A stretch of 64,000 bases of DNA from Vicugna vicugna. Its lineage: Eukaryota. Position numbers and translations under genes: made by a program. Below the pieces are notes generated by a model, which saw nothing but the letters and a program-made list of their open reading frames with translations, did no database searches and was not told where the DNA came from. Where the stretch lies: positions 1 through 64,000 of the forward strand of contig PNXW01005189.1 of assembly GCA_013265495.1 (NCBI GenBank), given 5' to 3'. Shown here in pieces: positions 13,839 to 27,071 of this stretch; positions within the stretch are counted from its first letter, which is position 1; each line of letters starts with the position of its first letter.

Positions 13839-14789
13839 CTATGAAGGACCCTGTGGGTGCTCTGCTGTGGTGACATGATGTGTGTTACACAGAGAACACC
13901 CTGTTACTTTCTTCTGTTTCACTCAGAGCAGGCCGTGGCAGTTTTTGGTGGAAGGTAGTGTTGCATGGAGGAAAAGGGTGGTCCCCTTGGTGATTAGGAA
14001 GAGGAAGAGCTGGAAAATGAGTGAGATGTGTGCTTGGGGACAAGTTACTGTTCAAATTGAGAAAGAAAACCTATCATCAGTTCCAGAGAGTATAAATAAA
14101 GCTTAAAATGGAGTCGAAGTTAAAAACTGGGAAGCAAGACTGATGCCAAGGACACACAGGTGAAAGAAACAGAAAAGCAAAAGGAAGGCATCCAAGACTT
14201 GAACCACTGTTTAGGTTAAAACTTAGATATTTATCTTCATTAGGATCTAGCTGTGTGTTTAAGAGAAGGATGGAATCATTTCAAGCTTTTCCTGAGAATC
14301 AGATTCTATGACATATGGTGCATATACGTAATTCCCAGAGAGTATTTCCATAGTATTTTCATTGTCTTGAATTTTTCTACTTGGAACAGTGAGAACACAT
14401 TATTCTTTATCTTTCTTAACTTCCATAATCAATAGTGTATATTTCATTTACTGGACTCTCTCTTCTCATGCTTCTTAAATTCTGATATTCCAGAAGGCTG
14501 AAATGGAGGGATTGCAAAGAAAGAAGCCACCTGATTCATACCTGTGCTTAAAATTAAAAATAGCGTTCTTTATCTTCTGTGTTCTCATCTCTCAAATGCA
14601 CGGTTCTCATCTGCAATGTATCACACTCTATTTGCAAGCAAGTGTTGCATTGTATATCTGCCTTCTTATATTAAATAACTGATAAAGTACATTATTTATA
14701 TTAGCTGAGATACTAGCTAAGGTTTGTGAGGAAGAAAAGAAAGGAAAAGAAGATACAGATACACTGTCTGGAACAAGTTTATTTCTCTA

Positions 14790-15170
14790 TCGTGTAGTAA
14801 TCAAGTTACATTCTAGAGCTCCAGGGCTGGCACTGGTGATGCAGTCCTTCACAAGTGTTTTCTGCATGTGGAATTTCTCACGTCCTCACCATTTTGGAAC
14901 AGCTGGTAGGAACAAACAACCATGAAAGCACACAGCCAGTTTTTTGTTTGCTTATTTGTTTGTTTGTGTTTTAAAGAGCAATGCTTGGCACTGACACACA
15001 TTAGTTCTCCCAATCGCTTTGGCCAGAACTTGGTCACATGACTATACTTGACAGCAAAGGATGCTGGGGGATGCAGTTTTTAGTTGGATAGCCATATGCC
15101 TGGCTAAAGTGCCAATACTTATAGTAGAGTTAAATAGAAAATGGATATTAGGCTACAAGTAGCCATCTTC
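14790..15170 (-). mobile_element. MaLR LTR (MLT1J/K-like) fragment
   Basis: ttggccagaacttggtcacatgactatacttgacagcaaaggatgctgggggatgcagttttt is typical of old MLT1 LTRs. Confidence 0.6.
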
Positions 15171-15180
15171 CATGCATCCT

Positions 15181-15337
15181 TTTTTTTAATATGTTATCTT
15201 TTTGTTTCGAGGATGTAGGTAATTAGTTTTATTTATTTATTTATTTACTTACTTACTTAATGGAGGTGCTGGGGATTGAACCCAGGACCTCATGCATGCT
15301 AAGGATGCACTCTATCAATTGAGCTATACCCTCCCTC
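15181..15337 (-). mobile_element. Camelid tRNA-derived SINE (Vic-1 type)
   Basis: Reverse of the same SINE (tggaggtgctggggattgaacccaggacctcatgcatgctaagg...gagctataccctcc); diverged TSD ccatgcatccttttt/ccatacattcttttt. Confidence 0.9.
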
Positions 15338-17363
15338 CCATACATTCTTTTTGTGCTGGAAATAGCTGAGCCAGGATTCTACCAAGGTCATTAACATCCC
15401 TCAATGCTAGATACAAAAATGCTCAATTTATCAAAGAGAAAATTCTTTTTTTCCCCTCTCTTTGGTCTTTTTTTTTTCCCCATTGTGGGAAGCCTTTATT
15501 TTTGAAATCTTTTACATTATACATCTTTAAAATTTTTTATATAATTTTTAAAGGTTACTTTCCATTTATGGTTATTATAAAATATTGGCTATATTCCCCA
15601 TGTCAAATTACAAATTCTTGAATTATCACCTCTCTCAGCAGAAGTCAGACGTTTCTGCCAGGACTGAGTTACTTTAAGACCAGCACTTTATAATGCTTTA
15701 CCCTTTCCACTTGGAACAATATGTCATCAAAATACAGCTCTCAATTATCCACTGTTTTTATTCTTCTTATTAGAATGAAAATACTTATTAGAAATTTCCT
15801 TCTTAAAAAATTCCTGTGCATCATTTTCATTAAAAATCCCACCCATTTATTCTAAACTTATATTTTCACTAAAATTTAATAGCATCTCCTTTTACTTTAA
15901 AAATCCCTCAACCCGATTTTACATGTACGCTTCTCTCCATGTTTAAGAGTCAGCCTGAAATAACTTGCACACAATTTCCTAAAGCACTATTTTACCTGAG
16001 GATTTGATATAACAGCAAATCAATAAGCTATCTTTAACTGGCATTTGTTACTTACTGACACTTGTTTTATAATTATTAAAAAATACTTCAATATTTTTCT
16101 TAATCCAAATGTCTAATATACGGACTTTTTTAGCATATTTTTAAACACAGTTTGGTAATTGAGCAGAATACAATAAAAACTTTTTTAAAATCCCACCATA
16201 TGCACTAGGTCTTATGGGGGAATTAAAACAAATTAAAAGTACCATGTAATACACTTGTCTTTATGAAATGTGTTCTTTAGTTAGAAAAACAGAATCCACT
16301 CTCATTGAGCTATTAAGTTGAAAGCGTAGGACGAGATTAAGGGGCAAATGTTATGTTACAATGATGCTTTTAGATATTTCACAGCAGAGGAACGCCGAAA
16401 AAGCAAACTCTGTTGTCATCTTTTTCTATAGTTTGCCGTGTACTCAGTAAGTTATACACTGAATGTTTGCTGAATGCATCAGCGCTTTCTGTCCTGAACT
16501 GGACATTAAAATGGTTGGTCCTAGGTTGAATGGAGAGAAAAGAAAGAAAAATGATTCGATTCAGGATGGAGGGTATAAAAAGAGGAGAAAGCCAACATTA
16601 AATGAATGACTAGAATGACTACGTTAGGGCAAAACAAGCTGATTTAAAACATTGGGTTTTTTTTTAAATATTTGTTATGTAGTTAGATTCTACTATTTTG
16701 CTCAGGTGTTCAGGGCTGCTAACTTTTCTGCAAAGTGGTCTTTTGTCTGGATTTAGAGGTGGAGACAGGGTGAAGGTGTCCCTTACTAAAACGCACACTA
16801 GCTCATCCTTAGATACGTGTGGTCACTTGTGCATCCTGAAACAGCCTCATGGTAGAAAGTTTCCCTACGTCTATCGAAAGAAAGTACTGAATTCTGGGGT
16901 AAAAGAGTTTGAGCTGCTTGGCCTCTGAATGCCGTGTCAGTAGAACACATTAACTTTTCACAGTGCACTCAATTGCCCTGTCCTTCACAACTGCATCACT
17001 ATGCTGAAAAATGTGATTTTCATAGAAATGTTCAATTTTGCAGCTTAGAGACCTTGTGAAGGGAAAAAAATATATATCATTTTTTTTGCACTTAAACTGT
17101 TCCTCAAATTGCTCACTTTAGAAAGTTAAAAATTGACCCTGAATATAATGACACTGTACCGATAGGTGTTGGGATATTTTTAACCCTTTCATCTTTAGTT
17201 AGTTAGTTCTGCTCTACTTTGATTGCCCAGGTCAAACATCCAAAACAGAATGAAATAAAGCCCTTTAAACCTAAGCTTTTTCATCCTTTCCGAAACAATT
17301 CCAAGTACCTAGATATTAAGAAATCTCAGATCTTTCTTCTTTCCTCCTTCTTTCTGTCTTCTG

Positions 17364-17365
17364 TT

Positions 17366-17439
<74 letters not shown>

Positions 17440-17492
17440 TTTTCTTCCTTTCTTTCTTTCTATCTGTCTCCCTCCCTCTCTCTCTCTCTCTC
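17364..17492. repeat. (TTTC)n followed by (CT)n microsatellite
   Basis: Long tttc array seen directly; it explains the 168-aa FFLS ORF. Confidence 0.95.
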
Positions 17493-18679
17493 TATTTGGC
17501 TACTTGAAGATGAGTAAAATTTTAGTAATGAATTCTGCATATTACAACTACACAGGACCATGGACATTTTTCTGTGAGAGGCTGCTTTTTGCTCACTATC
17601 CTTCATCAATGCCAACCCCACCTCCCCCCATGTCACCAATGAGCTCTGACTGCATTTTTGTTCTCAGTCTGCTGGTTTACAAGCCCTCTAGAAAGGCGCC
17701 TCCCTTCCTGTGGTTTGAAGACTAAGATAAAGCAGTAAGGTGTTAGTCATACATATTTAAAAGTGAAGTTGCAAGTCTTCACATCAGAAGATAAGGCTGT
17801 ATATTTATCTCTCTCTCTCTCTCTTTTTCCCCAAATCATTGAGTGGTTTCTGAAGTTCTCTTTGACAACTTATCTATCATGGTTCTCCTATTGAATATTC
17901 TAGCATTGTGCCTATTTAATCTTCTGATGTAAACAAAAATTTAGTTTTATACATCTCCTTCACTATCTGACAACAATTTGGGACTGAATGTCAATTTATC
18001 TTTGAAAAGCAACTATTCAAAGTACTGAAAATTTCCCTGATAAGCAAAATGCCTGTAACACAATGGGCACTTTCCTTTTCTTATCTCTCTGACTCTTTCT
18101 TTCTATCATGATCAGTGTAGCAAATATTTATGTAATAGTCAGTATAAATAAACAAATTCTGAGGCACTTTGGGGAGGAACAGAAAAAAAGCTTTTGTCTT
18201 TCCATATCTGCCTTATTAATATTATGTATTATTCAAATTATTCCATGGTGATGAAATTTTTTTATCCTTCTCTTCATTGTCCCTGTCTCCACTCCCATCA
18301 ATGAGCATTTAGTCAACATTGACCATTCACAGCACATTATTTTTCACAAGTAAGGAGGGGAAAAAAATATTAGACGTAGTCCCTACATTTAAGTGGTTCG
18401 CATTTTAAGAGGAGAGAAAAACAGCTGAGTATATAATTTAGGAACAACAAACATACAAACAAATAAAAAAATAATCAACAACTTAGTTGAGGTTCCCAAA
18501 CTTCTGATCACGAGAATTCCCTGGTGTGATTTTTTTTTTTCTCAAAACAGTTTCCTGAGCCTTTCTGAGCTGGAGGTTAATTTTCATCTATGATGAGGCC
18601 CAAGGAGGTACTGAATCTAATTTTGTGGGGAAAGAATCCGATAAACTGTGTTTTCATGAGGATCCCAGGTTTGATCACG

Positions 18680-18790
18680 CTACGTTCTATAACTCTAATC
18701 TCATTTTCACAGATGAGGGAAAATAAACAATAGTCCAAGCTGGTTAAATCAGTGTTTTCCAATGCTAGTTCTACATCCAGGTGCTTTTTC
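18680..18790 (-). mobile_element. MIR fragment flanked by MER5-like pieces
   Basis: ctcattttcacagatgagggaaa MIR core motif. Confidence 0.5.
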
Positions 18791-20546
18791 CAAAAACCCT
18801 TACTTTTCTCTACTGAGAAAACATTCTGCTGGGAGGTGGCCTGAGAATTTCACTTTTGAAAAGCTGTTCAAAAGATCGTTCTTTGCATAATCAAGTTAGG
18901 CAACCCCACTGTAAGGTTTGCCCACATTAACCACACATTAACCACAGGATGAGCTCATGTAGTCAGGTGGGGTGTTAGCGATTGGAGCCCATGGAGGGAC
19001 GTGGGCATTGGAATCATCACTCAGCTTCGTAATCTTTGCTAATCATGCTAGTCCTGGTGCTCTTCCCCCAGGCAGGTGGGAACTGGATTTCTGTGCCGTC
19101 TGTTGTTGGGTTGGGCTGAATGACAAGTGTATTATGTAAGGGAGGGGGGAAAGGTGCCAGTGAAATGTCAAGGCATTTCCCCAGCCCATTTGTGTGGCTG
19201 AGGGGTGAGATTTGGAGTAGATTGACCCCTTTATTTCACCCAGCATGTTAATAAACCTTTGGATATAAAAAAAAAAGTAGGCATAGCAAAATGTCTTTGG
19301 AAGGAGAGAGCTAAAGGGTTCTACATGATGAAGGATGAAGGTCTGATTGGGGAAGAAGCAGCCATGAGCCAAAGAAGGCGGACTCCATGAACCTGAGGAC
19401 TAGGGACATGAGATGAGAGAGAAATTCAGTTGGGGATGGAGGGAGGGAGTGGAAAAGAAACATCTAGGAAATAAAGAATAAATTTTATGAAAAGCTGAGC
19501 TACAGAGAGATAAGATTGCTAACCCAGTTATCAGGATAAAGGACATTTAAGAAGCGGATGGTCAGTATTGAGTTTTAGCAATTCGTACAGCTGCCATAAC
19601 CTTTATTAGAGGTGTATTAATTTTTTTTTGTCTGTGTCACTGTGTGGGTGCTTGCATTTAATAGGTATGTGCTGAAGATCTGAGCCTAAGGGAATGAGCT
19701 TTAAGAACCTGAAAAATATTTATAGGGATTTCTAACATAAAAAAATAGTATTTGCAAAATTGAAGGAAGTAAAATTTTTCTTTGATGCCTACTCATGCCC
19801 CCTGTAAATTGTTCCTTTTTGCTTATACACCTACCTCTTTCCTTTCCTACCATTATCAGCACAAACATCTATAAGATATTCTATTTTGTTTTGTATTGTT
19901 TGTTTTCCTTGATTTCCTATTGATTTCAACTCATCTTTTTATGACTGTCAATGGTGTTTTATGTTACTCCTCCAAGGGCATTTTCATACTGGGAAATTCA
20001 TCAACTAACAAATGTTTACAGCACGTGAGCCTTTACGGTTGACATCATAGGGACTGTGGCAGGCAGGGCAGATTGATATTTTGGCCCGGGAAAATACAAG
20101 ACAAGGTTATCTAATGAAATTACTGTAGCGAACAAACTATTTCAAGGACCAACACTTGAATACGTGGAAGGGGAAGAGAATACTTTAGGCATCTTGTAGA
20201 GTTTATCCCGTGTAAAGTTCTCAGCAACCTGTGAACCTAAGTGCTAGCCATTTAATTACCAACTCATGTATGACCAACAATAAATCAACAACAAGCTGAG
20301 GGAGGAGTAAGAACTTTGTCTACACAACATGCTCTTTGAGGGTAGGTGGTGAAATGCAGACCCAATCCACGACAGTACAACTCTGATGATGTCATTTTTC
20401 ATTCCACTTCAACTCATGGAAATCTTTAGTCTGCTTTACACCAGAAGGTAGATCTAGGAACCTGGGTGGAATTTAAAAAGATGAAGACTTTATGATTTTT
20501 TTTTAAAACATAAGACTATCTAATAGTAGAATAAGTTGTCTCAGAA

Positions 20547-20736
20547 TCAGTTTTTTCTGCCACACTGAAAGGGTTTCAGGGAAAGACAGATGAAAATCAG
20601 CCTGGGATGCTGCAGAATGGTCTCCTTCTCTTGAGGGACGTCAGATATGATGCCTGATATAATCCCTTCTAACTCCCCAATTCTAATGCCTCCCCAGTGC
20701 CTCTGTGGTCCTAATTGCTTTGGATTGTGATGCGCC
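20547..20736 (-). pseudogene. Putative last coding exon relic
   Basis: Stop-free frame (W)AHHNPKQLGPQRHWGGIRIGELEGIISGIISDVPQEKETILQHPRL...RKN* continues in phase 2 from the 20975 exon, but the acceptor reads tcatttaTAT, not AG. Confidence 0.3.
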
Positions 20737-20974
20737 ATATAAATGAAATGAGTTTATGGGCAGTGATCAGCCAACAAATGTTTATTACACTTCTTCAATG
20801 TCCAAGGTGCCAGGATTCTCGTCTCATACCATGAAGATAGCTGCTTTTCCTGCCCACTCCCTCATCTTTGAGAAAGTGAATCAGACTGAGTGACAGGAAG
20901 GAAGTAACCCCCCACAAAAAGCTCTCAGAAAAAGGTCCAGCAAAAAAAAAAAAAGTCAAACATTAACGTCTCAC

Positions 20975-21082
20975 CATTTGCTGAAGTCTGGCTCTTCCGT
21001 GAGCATCTTCTTAAGTTCTGTGTTGACCTCTCCCCCTCCCTTGGGTGTCAGAATGTGGAGGAAGAATCCTGCTGATTGACTC
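20975..21082 (-). pseudogene. 108-nt exon relic
   Basis: Acceptor gtgtttcAG, donor atg|GTGAGA; open phase-2 frame SQSAGFFLHILTPKGGGEVNTELKKMLTEEPDFSK. Confidence 0.5.
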
Positions 21083-21312
21083 CTGAAACACATTACCAGA
21101 AGCTCTCTATTTTAACAGTTAAGGCCATGGAAGCAATTTGTACTTTACTTAGAAGTTTATTGCATTTTGATAATTGCTTTTCCCCTTGAACTGTAGAGTT
21201 TTAAAATATAATTTTTGACTGACTATAAAAAGGAGAAAAAAAATCCATATAACTTTAAGAGCATTTTCAAAGCTTTTAAAGTCTTCATGAAGCCAAAGCA
21301 GCTCAAAGTTAC

Positions 21313-21439
21313 CTTGTTGGGTTGTTTCAACTTAATGTCATAATTTTTTCTTTTAACCCTTTAACATACAAGGCAACCAGAGGAAAAGAAGTGACAGAGA
21401 TCTTCTCTCCTTATAGAAGATTCCATCCAGGAACTTTTT
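21313..21439 (-). pseudogene. 127-nt exon relic
   Basis: Acceptor tcactctgctcttcAG, donor caag|GTAACT; phase 1 to 2, KVPGWNLL*GEKISVTSFPLVALYVKGLKEKIMTLS*NNPT, phase-compatible with both neighbours. Confidence 0.45.
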
Positions 21440-21798
21440 CTGAAGAGCAGAGTGAATGGAATAGAACGTCAAATAGCTTGACAATGAACTTAGCAGGGCT
21501 CTGTTTGTATACACACAAATAAACAATGAGTTTGACGTGCCTGAACTCATACATTTCAGGAGTTAGTCAAACAGTGTCAATGAATAAACTCGGTAGGTAC
21601 ACTTTCCTATGGATGGCCATTCTCCAAGTGTGAACTTGAATATAGCCTGTGAGTCAATACTTTATAGTGGCTTATAAACATTATGAAAGTAATTTATACA
21701 GACCAGCCTCCAGTGGATTACAAGACACTGTCACAAATCTCCCCATTTAGACCATCTGCACCTGGAAATATTTGCTTTGTATAGATCCAGACACATAC

Positions 21799-21969
21799 TG
21801 AGGGTGATGGTAGTTTAAAACACTATATGCCATTCTATAATGTTTCTTGGGATTGGTTTTGCATTTTTCCACTTCCCTCCAGCTGCATTTTTATTAGACT
21901 TCGATTTAATTACGTTAGTAGTTGTTTGATTCCAAAATTGCAGTTCTTCACAAGTTGGTCCGAATCTAC
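21799..21969 (-). pseudogene. Exon relic with EGF C-terminal half (GRFGPTCEE)
   Basis: Acceptor gtttgttttttttttAG, donor ctca|GTATGT, 171 nt phase 1-1; GRFGPTCEELQFWNQTTTNVIKSK...EWHIVF*TTITL. The exon may instead run on to about 21500. Confidence 0.55.
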
Positions 21970-22069
21970 CTAAAAAAAAAACAAACCAGAAATCACCCAC
22001 TTGTCTAAAATAATTTATATTCAGTCAACTATGTCCAAACTATCTGATTATCATAAGTGTCTTTTATAG

Positions 22070-22200
22070 TGTAATTAACATTTCTATTTTCTGGAAGAGA
22101 TTATCAAGTTCACACAAAGGTTTAATGATTTGCCAAGACCCCACAGGTAGACAGCAATAAAACCAGAGTAGAAACCAGGATCATCGTTAGTTCAAGATTC
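22070..22200 (-). mobile_element. MIR fragment
   Basis: aaggtttaatgatttgccaagaccccacaggtagacagcaataaaaccagagtagaaaccagg. Confidence 0.6.
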
Positions 22201-22650
22201 CAATTTGAAGTACTCACCCTGACACCGGTGAGGCAAATTAGCTTCCACCAGTTGACCCGTCTCCATTTCCATCAATAATCATGTAAAATTGTGAATGATA
22301 GATGAAGGTGAACACACAGTGGGGTAGGAGATACTTTTCCACAAATCACTTATACTCCAGTAAAGTTGAAAAATTTCAAGGAGGGAAAGTTCACAGAGGG
22401 CTCTCATTTTGGAGATGTGTGCTTCCTTTTCTAGTGCAACCCATCTCCAGTTTATTATCCCATCTATACAATAAATTCATGGATGATGGGTCTGTAATGG
22501 GTGATAAAGGGAAATTAGATTAATAACAATAACTCATTTATCTCATGCTCTGCACTTTTCAAAGTGTTTTCAATTATAAGTGGTATTTGATGAAACGTCC
22601 TAGTGAGGATGACGAGGCAGAGATTCATGGTGTTTGGCATTGAGACTCAT

Positions 22651-23460
22651 TCAACAACACTATTATTTTGTAAAATTGAAAGCCTTGTGAATAACATCGA
22701 CCCTATTATGCACACACATGTCTTGAAAGAGTGATGATAATATCCAATTCAGAACAACAACAGATGAATTCTTCAACTGAATCATGGCACCTGTACACAT
22801 ATGCAGGGCGCACCATCTTCAATTCAAAGATGAGGAGACAAAGACAGAAATGCAGACATGGTTTCTCAGGCGATGAGTGTCAGAGTCAGCGAAGGATTGT
22901 TTTGAGGCTTTGACACTGAGATAACAAGGGACACTTTGCATTGTGTCCTCTACTGTCTCTGTCAGAGGCAAAATCCCTTCTACATGGTCTCTTCATTGTG
23001 GCATTTCCTGTCATTTTCAGTGAGCAGCCACATCCTAGTGGTGTAAGTGTGAGCTTTCTTTTCTCCACGGGTTTTCTGGAAGCTTTTTCCCTCTTTGCAT
23101 CCCAAGGGTGTTCAGTATTGTATGGGGAAGCGCTTTGAACTCCTAGGAAGATAAGTGCGATTTAATTGCAAAGCATTATTAGTCCTATGCCTGTCGTCCT
23201 GTGCACCAGCACAATTCTGCAGTTACTGCGTCTCCGTATTACTGCTGTTGGCATCCTTCACTTTTTCTTTTTTTCAACTGGCTCAGTGGCAGAACTGGAT
23301 GTCTCAGGGGACTGGTTATTGGAAATTGGCTTCAGACTCTCTTCCTTCCAGGTCTTAATATCCAGCGTGTTGCCCTATTACTCCGTGTTGAAAGGTACTT
23401 TCGTAGCATCATTACTGTCCTCACAGGTTTGTCCCCATCCTACAACATTCTGCATCAGGT
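22651..23460 (-). pseudogene. Large (810-nt) exon relic: EGF end, low-complexity stalk, Cys-rich/EGF start
   Basis: Acceptor ttttttttcccatcaagtAG; begins VGWGQTCEDSNDATKST, has an E/K/N/S-rich middle, ends RCHDSVEEFICCC...HVCA**GRCYSQGFS; probable dead donor tga|ATGAGT. Many stops. Confidence 0.45.
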
Positions 23461-24714
23461 CTACTTGATGGGAAAAAAAATCAATTTGCAGAGAGATGTA
23501 GTTCTTATCCAGACAATGATTTTAACATTTCTACCCACAAAAAAAAAAAAAGATTTTGTTTTACTAATTATATCTTATTTTTCTTCATTTTATAAAGAGA
23601 TATTTTCAGTTAAAATGTTGTAATCTATACTTGCTAAGACAACCTCATACGATGTTTTCTTTCAGATTCCTACTTCCCTCTACTAAATCTGTCCAAAACT
23701 CACTCCAAATGCATAATTTTTTATTGAGACACAGATATTAATTTTTGTTTTCTTATCTGTAGGCAAAAAAGGCAGTAATACGTAAAACATTTCAGGTTTT
23801 CTTTCTGATTTTGATCATCTGACACTCGGTTCCTTGCCATACTCCAAAGTTCATTGCTTCCACTATTTAACTTTTATCCTGCCTTGCTGGTAGTTAAGCC
23901 ATGAACTGTCAAATTCCCCATTTGCCATCCACCACACCCTGGCATTGGCTATTTAGATATTTGAAAGGATAGAGTTTGTATTTTGGGGTGAGGTAAGTAG
24001 AAATTTCATGCAGAAAGGAAACACTGACAGAGTTAAAGATGAAATGAGCCAAAGAGGTAAGTAACTATTTCAGCTCCCAAAACAAAGCTACACGTGAGAA
24101 CCACCTTTTATTTTTGATGTTTTATTTTTTCTGTCTGTAAAAATAAGAGCAAAAATTAGAAATAAAATAAATTCTGGCAAATGGAAACATGGTATGTGGG
24201 GACAAAATATACTGTGCAATTTAAAAGAGTTATGGTATGTGATTTTCTTATCAAAATTGAATATGAAAGTTCTGTTCGTTGGTTATTGGTGTTCATTTAA
24301 TATAGTTCAATTCAATTTGCTTCAATGTGTCACATGTTCAATGGCAGTCATCAAGTGTATATTTCACAGTTCTTTCTACACGTGTTTCCATCAAGGACCT
24401 TAAAATATTACTAAGTAAATAGAGCCTACATATGTGAAAAAGTAGTAAGGCAAAATATATGGGTTAATAGATTCTGTAGCTCAAAGCACTCTGGCAAAGC
24501 GTCTAACATTATACAATTCAAATCAGTGTTATTATCATGACTTAACAAATTATGCAGCAAAAGCAAGCTATACTTCAGGGAATCAGAAAGGAGACACCAA
24601 AGGGATTTAGATGAAGGTAGAAAGGCTTGAAGGAAAAGAAAAAAAAAAAGTGTTTTGATTTCAACTCCAAATGCTATGCCAGACTTGGTTGATTATATGT
24701 AAGAAGTTGATCTT

Positions 24715-25057
24715 TGTCTCAGGTTGGATTCCTCCAAAAGTGAACCCTAAGACAAGGCTTCCAGGGCACAGATTTTATATGGGAGGTGCAGAGTGGGAGA
24801 CAATGCAGGGAAGACAAAGTGGTTAGCCTAGGAGGTGACTGGTGCTGGTCACCTAGGAGATGACAAGAAAGTCAGGGAAGCGTGCTTCGAAATGATCCCA
24901 TCCCGAAGGCAAGGGAGCCGTGTTATTTACAGAGCAACTGCGCAGAGCCATTGGTTGAAGACTGCTGGTGAAGATGTTAACTCCTGGGCAGTGCTGGCCA
25001 GACACAGCGGCTTCCAGAGTTCCAGGAGAAGCCCTTGGACGCAGAGACCTCTTACAC
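24715..25057 (-). mobile_element. ERVL LTR (LTR16/LTR33-like)
   Basis: tgtctcaggttggattcctccaaaagtgaaccctaagacaaggc...ttttatatgggaggtg resembles the reverse end of these LTRs. Confidence 0.55.
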
Positions 25058-25939
25058 AAAACATAAAAACCAATCAGAATAGGAAATGAGGATGAGTTTG
25101 TCTCAAGAAAATGAAAATGTTCTATTTGATTAAGGACACCATGGATAATGATGGAACAAAAACAGGATAACTTACCCAAAGTCGTGAGTAGTTTGTGACA
25201 ACACCTGCTCAAATAAATGACTCTTATCAACTCTGATGTGAGAAGCCAGGAAGACTACAATCACTTTTATGGATGGAACTGGTCAAGAATGCCCTATGTA
25301 GTCTTAAAATCATGTTTAGTAGCACGATCTTTGACCTCAAACAGGTTGGTGTTTGGCATATAGTGTTAGCTAGTGTTAGCTCATATGTTTTGTTTCTTTT
25401 TTTAAATTTCCCTTGTCTCCCATCATTTTCTTTCTCTACGTCTCCCTCCTTCCTTCTCTCCTTCCTCCAACCTGCAGGTCATTGTGCCAGGACGTGGTCA
25501 TAAAATGGAGATTTACTTCCACCAGGAATTTAAGTCTATAATTTGGGGCAGACACTTACTAGTAATACTGCTAATAATAAATAGGTAAGAGTAACAATAA
25601 ATATTCGATGAGATCTACCTTGGCAAAAATTATACTCAATAGATGTAGCAAATAGGAATTTCACAGATTAAAAAAAAACAGTAGGAATAACATCTTAAGC
25701 CCATCGTTCTTCTGATGACAGAAAACCTCATCTTGCTTATTCAAAGCAAACCCAGTCATTTCTGTTCAATAGCAAAGTCTTTGAGATAAAATCTATCGAT
25801 TACGGAGTTTTCTCCTTTCTTGTTCTCATTTCCCTCCCACCTGGGATGAGAAAAGCTCCCAAACACGAGGTTAGATGGGAACCATCACTGGAGTATAACC
25901 ATTTCCAAGTTGGCTTCTTCTGAAATGTAGGAGTGACAA

Positions 25940-26105
25940 CAGTAACAATGAAGGCGTTAGAAATTATAATATGACCTGACGTTCACTGAGCATCTATTAT
26001 GTTTCAGTCGCTATTATGACTAGCGTTATTATGTGTATTCATTATTTCATCTTCACTTCAATGCACTGAAGTGCATTCTGTCAGTCCACGTTTTACTGAT
26101 GATCA
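25940..26105 (-). mobile_element. MIR fragment
   Basis: gacgttcactgagcatctattatgt...tattcattatttcatcttcac...ttttactgatga. Confidence 0.55.
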
Positions 26106-26937
26106 CCGCAGGTCATCCGCCTCTACCCTGATTGCTTCCACGTGGAATGTCTATGTCTCTCAGCTTCCCAGGCACCAAGTCCACGCACGTCTTTCTCTCT
26201 GTCCTTTCCACCCGAGCTCTAAGGACTTCCCAGGTCCACTGGCCTGCTCTCAGACACGTCGGTGTCCCCTGAGACCACAAGGAATTTTAGATGTCATCCC
26301 ACACCACGCTGACCTATGTGAGGCTGTCGAAGCAACACTTGGCCATTGTACTGTGTAACTGAGTGCATCCCTGAGGGCACCATGCCAGCATCAGGATGTG
26401 TAACTTTCATTAGTGTTCATTTCTCTCTCTTTCTTTTTTTTTTTAATAGAAAAAGGAGCATAAAATGTCCTTATCTTCACTGTGATGACTCTAACATTGG
26501 AAATCTATACAAATGAGACATGTTAGTAACTAGGTGCTGGACATCCCTCAGTAGAAAAACCCGCCTTCTCCACTGAACCCTGACATGAGTGGCTGACCTG
26601 GGGGAACACACGTGCTGTAGGTCCCTAGACCAAGACCCTTCCTCTTTTAGTTCTAAAGGTACAAAACTGGAACGTCCACAGGGGGGCTCTGTCCTGTCTT
26701 TTCTCAAAGTAAGTCTACTTCCTGAAGGAGAACCAGAAGGCAGAGAGCCCGGTCACCAATGAATGATTTTGAATTGGCAATACAGGGCAGAAAACATAAT
26801 TCACGGGATTAAAATTTCAGTGGAAATGTGAATTGGGAATGGGTTTTTAGAAAGGAGAGTCTGTCAGTTACACTAAGAAGCTAATAGGCTGATTGCCATC
26901 CACTGGGACAAAGGAGAAGGGAAGTAGAATGAATCAC

Positions 26938-27071
26938 CGTTTTCCACGGTAACAATGACAGTCGGAAGACCGTTATGAGTCTGCCGATGATAATAATTTC
27001 CATTTCGATAGGCTCCTCTTCCAGGACGTCTAAAGTATTTTACAAGTGATTTTTGCCATCCATCCTCATGT
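26938..27071 (-). pseudogene. EGF-like exon relic
   Basis: Acceptor ctctcctctttgAG, donor acg|GTGATT; frames give HEDGWQ / TCK / PGRGAYRNGNYYH / DCHCYRG, an EGF pattern if some TGT (Cys) codons have become TAT or CGT. Confidence 0.4.

Noticed and set aside
17219..17725. Longest ORF (168 aa)
   Set aside because: The frame stays open only because it crosses a (TTTC)n/(CT)n microsatellite, giving FFLS repeats.
21700..21765. TSP1-like RWSKWGDL*QC, or a separate exon at the ttccAG acceptor near 21762
   Set aside because: A separate exon would need an intron of about 36 nt, and the rest of a TSP1 motif is absent; kept only as a possible extension of the 21969 exon.
22731..22913. Plus-strand EGF-like motif KCRHGFSGDECQ
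   Set aside because: Isolated, with no supporting plus-strand exon chain, and it overlaps the minus-strand relic exon; treated as chance.
23155..23623. Three overlapping plus-strand ORFs (67-140 aa)
   Set aside because: No recognisable product; best explained as antisense shadows of the minus-strand relic exon.
26477..26707. Additional minus-strand exon of the relic gene
   Set aside because: No convincing splice-site pair or domain motif.
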